Origin: Smithellaceae bacterium
GTDB lineage: Bacteria; Desulfobacterota; Syntrophia; Syntrophales; Smithellaceae
Length of the DNA: 64,000 bases
Reading direction: 5' to 3'
Assembly: GCA_963667845.2 (NCBI GenBank)
Contig: CAXXVL010000002.1
Location: 2,464,001 to 2,528,000 of the forward strand
Positions within the stretch are counted from its first letter, which is position 1, and each line of letters begins with the position of its first letter. The translations under genes were made by a program, and so were the position numbers. Positions 57,281 to 64,000 of the stretch are shown here, piece after piece. Under the pieces are notes generated by a model. It did no database searches. It was not told the origin of the DNA and saw nothing but the letters and a program-made list of their open reading frames with translations.

Positions 57281-58390
57281 ATGAATGAACAGAATCTACC
57301 CCAAGCAGAGCCGAAGCGGTTAAATGTGTTCGAACGATATCTCACGGTGTGGGTGTTGATCTGTATGGTGGTTGGTGTGGCTCTGGGCAAATTCCTGCCC
57401 GGGCTTATTGCATCGCTCAGTGCCATGGAGTTCGGCAAAGGCTCTCAAGTCAACGTGCCTATTGCCATTCTGATCTGGCTCATGATTTTCCCGATGATGC
57501 TGAAGATCGACTTCGGGTCCTTGGGTGGCATCGCGAAAAAACCCAAAGGGCTGCTCGTGACCTTGTTTGTCAATTGGCTGGTGAAGCCCTTCAGCATGGC
57601 CTTTCTGGCCTGGATTTTTTTCCATTTTATTTTTTCGGCCTGGGTTGATCCGGAGACGGCCAAGAGTTACACGGCCGGTCTCATTATCCTGGCCGCGGCC
57701 CCCTGCACGGCGATGGTCTTCGTCTGGTCGTATCTGACGGATGGCGATCCCGCCTACACGCTGGTGCAGGTCGCGGTGAACGACCTCATTATGCTTGTCG
57801 CTTTTGCGCCGATCGTCATGTTTCTGCTCGGGGTGGCCAATGTGATTGTCCCTTCCAAAGTGCTGATCACGTCGGTCGTCGTCTTCATCGTTATTCCCCT
57901 TGCTGCCGGTTATATCACACGTACTGCCTTATTGAAGGTCTACGGCAAGGAATGGTTTGAGAATAAATTTCTGCCCGTGTTTCATCCGGTGACCGTTGTC
58001 GCGCTTCTTTTGACGCTTTTGCTTATTTTTGCCTTCCAGGCGGAAAACCTTACCACAAAATGGGTTGCGGTGATTCTGATTGCCGTGCCGATTATCATTC
58101 AAGTTTATTTTAATTCCGGTTTGACTTACATGCTCATGCGCGCCTTCAAAGTTCAGCACAATGTGGCATCGCCGGGGGCACTCATCGGAGCAAGTAATTT
58201 CTTTGAATTGGCCGTGGCTGTGGCCATCACGCTTTTCGGCCCGAGTTCCGGAGCGGCGCTGGCTTGCGTGGTCGGCGTATTGGTGGAAGTGCCGGTCATG
58301 TTATCCGTCTGCAGTATCTGCAACCGGTCCCGGCCCTGGTACAGCCGCGTATTGTCCGGGCCGCAGGCGGACGTTTGTGAAAATCGGTAG
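57281..58390 (+). CDS. acr3: Acr3-family arsenite efflux transporter
   Basis: FERYLTVWV, NWLVKPFSM, AAPCTAMVFVW, GASNFFELAVA, GVLVEVPVML. Confidence 0.95.
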   Translation: MNEQNLPQAEPKRLNVFERYLTVWVLICMVVGVALGKFLPGLIASLSAMEFGKGSQVNVPIAILIWLMIFPMMLKIDFGSLGGIAKKPKGLLVTLFVNWLVKPFSMAFLAWIFFHFIFSAWVDPETAKSYTAGLIILAAAPCTAMVFVWSYLTDGDPAYTLVQVAVNDLIMLVAFAPIVMFLLGVANVIVPSKVLITSVVVFIVIPLAAGYITRTALLKVYGKEWFENKFLPVFHPVTVVALLLTLLLIFAFQAENLTTKWVAVILIAVPIIIQVYFNSGLTYMLMRAFKVQHNVASPGALIGASNFFELAVAVAITLFGPSSGAALACVVGVLVEVPVMLSVCSICNRSRPWYSRVLSGPQADVCENR

Positions 58391-58477
58391 TCCGGCAGTG
58401 TCCAAATGTGAACGTTGCGCCGGCATAGAAACCGGTGGGGGATGTAACTCTAATTCGTAGGGGAGGTAAGTTTTAGA

Positions 58478-59101
58478 ATGGTCAGGATGATTAAATTACC
58501 GTTGCTTGTTGTCTGTTGTTTGGGTCTGAATATCCTGTTGGCTTTTTCGGGTTCTTTTACGGAGGCTTTTGGGCAGGATGCCGACCGGATGATTCCGTCT
58601 GTCGGCAAAGGTCCCTATGAAGTGATCATGTATTCCGACTATTTCTGCCCGCCCTGCAGGACGATTGATTTGAAGGCCGAGCCGCTGTTGAAGGAATTGC
58701 TGGTGACGGGAAAGGTGAAAATTACGTTTGTCGATGTTCCGTTTCATAAAGAGACGCCGCTTTATGTCCGTGTTTTTCTTTATGCCGTAAACGCCGGGGC
58801 AGGCGATGAAGAAATATTGCGCGTCCGCCGGATCCTTTTCGTTGCCGCCCAGGAAAAGCGGATTGACGACCGCGAGGCGCTTATGGCCTATATGAAAGAG
58901 CAGAAGGTTGCCTTGAAGTCCTTTGAGGTGAAGCCCGTCTTCAGCCGGCTGAGCCAGATGATTAAACAATATAAAGTCGATGAGTCGCCGACATGCGTCA
59001 TTCGCTACTCGGCCACCGATGAAAAGAAATACGGCGGAACGGAAGAAATCTGGGATGGGTTGACGAAATTAAAAACGCATCTGACGAACGGGAATAAATA
59101 A
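58478..59101 (+). CDS. Exported DsbA-like thioredoxin-fold protein
   Basis: Signal peptide; YSDYFCPPC; cis-Pro region ESPT. Confidence 0.8.
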   Translation: MVRMIKLPLLVVCCLGLNILLAFSGSFTEAFGQDADRMIPSVGKGPYEVIMYSDYFCPPCRTIDLKAEPLLKELLVTGKVKITFVDVPFHKETPLYVRVFLYAVNAGAGDEEILRVRRILFVAAQEKRIDDREALMAYMKEQKVALKSFEVKPVFSRLSQMIKQYKVDESPTCVIRYSATDEKKYGGTEEIWDGLTKLKTHLTNGNK

Positions 59102-59359
59102 CGCAGGGTAAGCCGGAGCGGTCACAAACAGTTCTGAAAGAGTGGCGGATATGTCAGAATGTCCCAGTTTACGGTGAAGCATTCTGTTGTTTTAACATTA
59201 AGATATTGAGCAGGTTACCAGCTCCGGACATGGATAGATACTATCCAAGCGGATATCTCAACTGCATATGTTTTACCCAGACCGCGCAAGGACTGTTTCC
59301 AAATTGGTATCCAGCTTTAAATAACTTCATAAAATTATCATGTTACATTTTGCATTTCC

Positions 59360-59376
59360 CGGGCATGCTCCTTGCG
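59360..59376 (+). promoter_or_regulatory. Candidate sigma54 promoter for the ABC operon
   Basis: CGGGCATGCTCCTTGCG (GG-N10-GC); AT-rich tract upstream; palindrome TGGATAG-ATA-CTATCCA at 59231-59247. Confidence 0.5.
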
Positions 59377-59480
59377 TAACACAATGCCGGTAATTACTAT
59401 AGTCAAAACATCAATATGAATAATTTTTGGATGAACAACCGTCCCCGTCCATCGGATCAAATGGAGAAAGGATTAACACA

Positions 59481-60182
59481 GTGGCATTAATCAAAGCACA
59501 GAACATCACGAAAGACTATCAGACAGAAGACGTGGTGGTTCATGCCCTCCGGGAGGTGGACTTTGAAATCGAACCCGCCTCGTTCGTTTCGTTTGTCGGG
59601 CCTTCGGGCAGCGGCAAGACGACCATTCTTAATCTCATCGGCTGCCTGGACAAGCCGTCCGCCGGGAACCTGCGCATCGCGGATACAGATGTCATCGGCC
59701 TGGGGCGCAAGGAAAGCGCCGCCTTCCGGGGCAAACATCTCGGGTTTATCTTTCAGGACTTCAACCTGATTCCCGTTCTCACGGTTTACGAAAATATCGA
59801 ATATCCGCTGATCATGGTCCAGAACATCGCCCGCGAGGAGCGTGAGGAGCGCATTGCCCGCCTGTTGGCCGCTGTCGATATGAGGGATCAGGCCCACAAA
59901 TACCCGCATCAGGTATCGGGCGGCCAGAAGCAGCGGGTCGCCATCGCGCGGGCGCTGGTGACCAATCCCGCCCTGGTCCTGGCTGACGAACCCACAGCCA
60001 ATCTTGATTCGCAGACAGCCTATGCCGTGATCGGGCTGATGAAGAAAATGCGCGACGATTTCGGGACGACGTTTATCTTCTCCACCCACGATACCAAGAT
60101 CGTCGGTGAGGCGGAAGTTATCTTCCGGTTGGAAGACGGCAGGCTGACTGCAAAAGAGATGAGAGGAGGGGCAAAGTCATGA
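59481..60182 (+). CDS. ABC transporter ATP-binding protein (LolD/MacB-like)
   Basis: [39 protein letters not shown] start after GGAG/AAGGA. Confidence 0.93.
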   Translation: MALIKAQNITKDYQTEDVVVHALREVDFEIEPASFVSFVGPSGSGKTTILNLIGCLDKPSAGNLRIADTDVIGLGRKESAAFRGKHLGFIFQDFNLIPVLTVYENIEYPLIMVQNIAREEREERIARLLAAVDMRDQAHKYPHQVSGGQKQRVAIARALVTNPALVLADEPTANLDSQTAYAVIGLMKKMRDDFGTTFIFSTHDTKIVGEAEVIFRLEDGRLTAKEMRGGAKS

Positions 60183-61417
60183 TGAACCTGTTTAAAATTG
60201 CCATCCGCAATCTCATCCGCTACAAACGAAGAACTCTGCTGACGGCATCACTCATCACCATCGGGGTTGTTTTCGTTCTCGTCTTTGTCTCGATCACCGG
60301 CTCTTTCAAATCCATGATGATCGGACAGATCACCGATTCCATGCTGGGGCATCTCCAGATCCACCGCAAGGGGTATGTTGCTTCCATTGACAATCTGCCC
60401 CTGAATCTCAATATGAAACCCAAGGCCTATGCAAAGATTGCCTCTGTGCTCGGACAAACGCCGGAAGTGGCCGCTTTTTCACCCCGCCTGAAATTCGGGG
60501 GCATGTTCAGTAACTTTACGGAGACGACCAATATCCGCTTAAACGGCATCTATCCGGACCGGGAGTTTAAAACCGTTCCTTTATTGCCCTCACGAATATC
60601 CGAGGGGAAAAAGACTCTGAACCGCGGCGAAATATGGGTTCCGGCGCTGCTGGCAAAAGGCCTGAAGGTCAAGCTGGGCGACACGGTTGTTATTGTGGCG
60701 ACCAACGCGGACGGCTCCGTCAACGGCAAGCAGTTTATTGTCTCCGGGATTCTGGAGAGCGCCACGGGGCCGGGCGGACGTGACGGATATATTCACATTG
60801 AGGATGCTGCCGAAGTTCTCCGCATGCCGGAGGCGGAAATAAGCGAAGTGGCGATCCGTCTCAAAGATTTCGGCCGCCTTCCCGCAGCCGTTAAACGTCT
60901 GGAAGGAAAACTTGCAGGCGTTGTAAACCCGGAGGGGAGGCCGATGTTCGAGGTGCACTCGTGGGAACAGCTCTCGCCGTTCTTCAACATCGCCCGGATG
61001 ATCGACGTCATGACCTTCTTTATCAAAATCATGCTGATTGCGATTGTTCTCATCAGCATTATGAATGTTATGATTATGGCTGTTTATGAACGGATTCGGG
61101 AAATCGGCACGATCGCCGCCATCGGCACGCTGCCCGGAAGAATCCGTTCCATGTTCATCATCGAGGGGTTCTGCCTCGGTATCGTCGGCGCCGTGATTGG
61201 CGGTCTGCTGGGCAGTGCCGTTATCCTGATCGTCAATCTTGTCGGCATCCGCTTTGATTTCGGCCAGCAGCAGGGGCTTCTGTTGAAGGCGACCCTGCAG
61301 CCGTCTGATTTGCTGACCGTATCCATTATCGTTATTGTTGTCGCCGTGGCGGCGAGCCTCCAGCCGGCCGTTAAGGCATCCAGGATGGAGCCGATTGAGG
61401 CCCTGCGCCATGTTTAA
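60179..61417 (+). CDS. ABC transporter permease (FtsX/LolE/MacB-like)
   Basis: IAIRNL..YKRRT, ERIREIGT..AIG, PIEALRHV. Confidence 0.9.
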   Translation: MMNLFKIAIRNLIRYKRRTLLTASLITIGVVFVLVFVSITGSFKSMMIGQITDSMLGHLQIHRKGYVASIDNLPLNLNMKPKAYAKIASVLGQTPEVAAFSPRLKFGGMFSNFTETTNIRLNGIYPDREFKTVPLLPSRISEGKKTLNRGEIWVPALLAKGLKVKLGDTVVIVATNADGSVNGKQFIVSGILESATGPGGRDGYIHIEDAAEVLRMPEAEISEVAIRLKDFGRLPAAVKRLEGKLAGVVNPEGRPMFEVHSWEQLSPFFNIARMIDVMTFFIKIMLIAIVLISIMNVMIMAVYERIREIGTIAAIGTLPGRIRSMFIIEGFCLGIVGAVIGGLLGSAVILIVNLVGIRFDFGQQQGLLLKATLQPSDLLTVSIIVIVVAVAASLQPAVKASRMEPIEALRHV

Positions 61418-61434
61418 TCTCAAGGGAGAATAAT

Positions 61435-62172
61435 ATGATTAAAAAAATATTGCTGATTATCCTGTTGATTGTATCTGTCGCCTGTCCCGTCTTTGCCTTG
61501 GAGGGCAAGGCGCTTCTTACGCAGGTGGACAGAAACCTTTCTCCCGAATCCTACGAGTCGTATCGGAAGCTGATCAATATCGAACCCGACGGCAGGAAGA
61601 AGGAATTTACGCTTTTCACGGTGAAGAAGGGCGTTGATAAGGTTGCCTCCGTATTTGTCGCTCCGGCCAGTGAAAAAGGCCGCAGCACCCTGCGGCTGGG
61701 CGATAATATGTGGCTCAATATCCCTAATGTCGGCAAGCCGGTTCGCATCACCAGTCTGCAATCCGTCGTAGGCGGGGTATTTAACAATGCCGATATTCTT
61801 CAGTTGGATTACGCCGCGGAATACGATGTGGAAAAGGTGGACGAGCAGGGTAAGGAATATCTTCTCTACCTTAAGGCTAAGACCAAAACGGTGGCCTATG
61901 ACAGGCTCAAAATTTGGGCAGACAAGGACAAAAAGCTGCCGACAAAGATTGAATGCCTGACGGAGAAAGACATGCTCATCAAAACCCTCTACTTTAAGGA
62001 CGTAAAAGATTTCGGCGGCGGCATCGTCCGTCCGGCCGTCATTGAAACGGACAGCCCCCTTTATAAAAATTACAAGTCCGTCATGATTTACGCCAAAGTC
62101 AAAAAGAAAATATTCAAGGACGAGGTTTTCACGCTGACCTTCATGCCGAATCTGGAATCACTGCGACAATGA
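61435..62172 (+). CDS. LolA-like outer membrane lipoprotein-sorting protein
   Basis: Signal peptide; APASEKGR, DNMW..IP...KPVRI, AYDR; located in the ABC operon. Confidence 0.82.
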   Translation: MIKKILLIILLIVSVACPVFALEGKALLTQVDRNLSPESYESYRKLINIEPDGRKKEFTLFTVKKGVDKVASVFVAPASEKGRSTLRLGDNMWLNIPNVGKPVRITSLQSVVGGVFNNADILQLDYAAEYDVEKVDEQGKEYLLYLKAKTKTVAYDRLKIWADKDKKLPTKIECLTEKDMLIKTLYFKDVKDFGGGIVRPAVIETDSPLYKNYKSVMIYAKVKKKIFKDEVFTLTFMPNLESLRQ

Positions 62173-63467
62173 AACGGTGGGTTATCTTTTTACTAATAGT
62201 GTTTTGGCTAATCCCGGCAGACCTGTGCGCCGAGGAGTCATACACCTTTGATCCCGGCGAAACAGAGAAGAAACCCTATCATGTCGGAGGATACATTGAA
62301 TTCAAACCCATTCTCTTCGGACTCGATCGCGATGCCGCCTTTTATAAATTGCGCTTCTTTGACAATCCCCGGGGACGGAATCTGCTCGAAGCCAACGGCA
62401 GAATTCAACTGGAGGGCAGCTATGAGAAGAATATCTTCCGGATTTATGCCAAGACCAACACGGATCTGAAGTCATCATATTCAGGAGAATCGGAAAGATC
62501 AACCTTCTATGAACTTTATGGCTCCGTGAAGCCGTCGGCGAGTCTGAAATTCGATGCGGGTAAGAAAACCATGAAGTGGGGGAAGGGCTATGCCTGGAAT
62601 CCCGCCGCATTTGTTGACAGGCCGAAAGATCCTGACGATCCGGAACAGGCATTGGAGGGATATATCGTTGCGACGGCGGACTATATCAAAAGCTTCGAAG
62701 GGCCGCTAAAAACACTTTCCGTGACGCCCGTTCTCTTTCCCGTTTACGATCATGTGAACGGCGATTTCGGCAATAACTACAAGCTGAACTTTGCGGGCCG
62801 CATTTATTTCCTGTTGTATGACACGGATATCGATTTGATGTTCATGGCCGGCGGCAGCAGGCCGGACCGTTACGGCTTCGATTTTTCGCGCAATATCACG
62901 ACCAATCTGGAAATTCACGGCGAATATGCCTATGCGGCAAACAGTGTGAAAAATGTCATCGACTTAACAGGCATGCCCCGGCAGATCGAGAAAGGGGCGC
63001 ACAGTTTTCTCATCGGTCTGCGTCATTTGACGGCATTCGATCTGACGACGATCATCGAATTTTACCACAACGACGCGGGTTTCAGCGTGGATGAAATGAC
63101 GGGATTTTATGGCCTTATTAATCGCAGCTACGCCGTCTATCAGGCGACGGGCAATGCGGCCGGGCTTGCCCAGGCGCAGCTTCTGGCTGATTCCGGTTAT
63201 GCCCGCGCCAACGCCATGCAGAATTATCTATATGTCCGATTCAGCCAGAAGGAGCCCTTCGACATCCTTTATTTTACGCCGGCGCTCACGGGGATGCTGA
63301 ACACGGATGATAGAAGCTGGTCCGTGACGCCGGAGCTGCTCTATACGGGCATCACCAACTGGGAATTCCGCCTCCGCGCCGGTTTGATAGCCGGCGCAAG
63401 AAATTCAGACTTTGGCGAAAAGCAAAACGACTACCGCATTGAGTTGCGAATCGGCTACTACTTCTAA
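62169..63467 (+). CDS. Predicted outer-membrane beta-barrel protein
   Basis: Signal peptide; GKK..KWGKGYAWNP; C-terminal aromatic IGYYF. Confidence 0.75.
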   Translation: MKRWVIFLLIVFWLIPADLCAEESYTFDPGETEKKPYHVGGYIEFKPILFGLDRDAAFYKLRFFDNPRGRNLLEANGRIQLEGSYEKNIFRIYAKTNTDLKSSYSGESERSTFYELYGSVKPSASLKFDAGKKTMKWGKGYAWNPAAFVDRPKDPDDPEQALEGYIVATADYIKSFEGPLKTLSVTPVLFPVYDHVNGDFGNNYKLNFAGRIYFLLYDTDIDLMFMAGGSRPDRYGFDFSRNITTNLEIHGEYAYAANSVKNVIDLTGMPRQIEKGAHSFLIGLRHLTAFDLTTIIEFYHNDAGFSVDEMTGFYGLINRSYAVYQATGNAAGLAQAQLLADSGYARANAMQNYLYVRFSQKEPFDILYFTPALTGMLNTDDRSWSVTPELLYTGITNWEFRLRAGLIAGARNSDFGEKQNDYRIELRIGYYF

Positions 63468-63675
63468 ACAGGCCTTCGGATCATCGAAAAATCCTCTGAA
63501 AAAGAATAATCCAACCTTGTTTTTTTTGCAGTCATTTATATATTTGAAAATGAAATAATTCGCCGGCTGGCTGTGTTCAAACTGAGCGATCGCGTCCATC
63601 TTATTGAGAATACTCGCGTACAAGGAGCCGGAGCAAAAGCCGTTCGTGTCTTTTAATAAATCAGCGAGGTGCCAT

Positions 63676-64000
63676 ATGCAGACTAAACAGAATGTCGTTG
63701 AACAACTGCTTTCCGGAAGCGGAGTGCGCATCAACGGAGATCAGCCTTGGGACATCCGGGTGCATGATGAACGGTTTTACGGACGCGTCTTGCAGGACGG
63801 TAGTCTGGGGCTTGGTGAAGCCTACATGGAGGGGTGGTGGGATTGCGGGCGCATCGATGAACTGGTCCGCCGACTTCTCGCGGACAACTTGGCGGAACGG
63901 ATACGGGGGGACCTGCGAGCGGTATTGTTTTACCTGACGGCACGGCTTTTCAACCTGCAGTCGCCGTCGCGAGCCGGTATTATTGCCCGCCGACACTACG
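63676..64000 (+). CDS. cfa: Cyclopropane-fatty-acyl-phospholipid synthase (3'-truncated by window edge)
   Basis: Not in the ORF track. MQTKQNVVEQLLSGSGVRINGDQPWDIRVHDERFYGRVLQDGSLGLGEAYMEGWWDC...FNLQS...IARRHY; GAGG RBS. Confidence 0.9.
   Translation, partial: MQTKQNVVEQLLSGSGVRINGDQPWDIRVHDERFYGRVLQDGSLGLGEAYMEGWWDCGRIDELVRRLLADNLAERIRGDLRAVLFYLTARLFNLQSPSRAGIIARRHY

Overview
Bacterial chromosomal window, most consistent with an anaerobic deltaproteobacterium of the Syntrophales/Desulfobacterota type (inferred from gene content: CoA ligases, ferredoxin-like proteins, FmdE proteins, sigma54 sites). No rRNA, tRNA, CRISPR array or intact transposase/integrase was seen. The main blocks are: (i) an accessory region at about 2.7-8.7 kb (OmpA remnant, small hypothetical genes, an AAA/DUF4143 ATPase with tandem palindromic operators, and a decaying XRE-ImmA/IrrE cassette bounded by 18-bp inverted repeats); (ii) fatty-acid/CoA metabolism genes; (iii) the best candidate for a new system, a RiPP-like cluster at 13.5-20.0 kb with two tandem Cys-rich precursor peptides (C-terminal SECGCCCxYSNYCPNK), two radical SAM/SPASM-type enzymes, an MFS exporter and a convergent B12-dependent radical SAM enzyme with a probable C-terminal RRE; (iv) an AbiE-like type IV toxin-antitoxin pair; (v) an NHEJ operon with two Ku genes and a split LigD; (vi) a MerR regulator preceded by an unannotated micro-ORF that copies its own C-terminal domain, under a 19-bp-spacer promoter; (vii) an extended arsenic-resistance operon (arsR ... 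arsC ... acr3) carrying ProC-like, TauE, FmdE, CcdA and several thioredoxin genes; (viii) a Lol-like ABC system and the start of cfa. A ~100-bp dispersed repeat occurs four times. All functional calls come from reading motifs by eye; no database searches were run.
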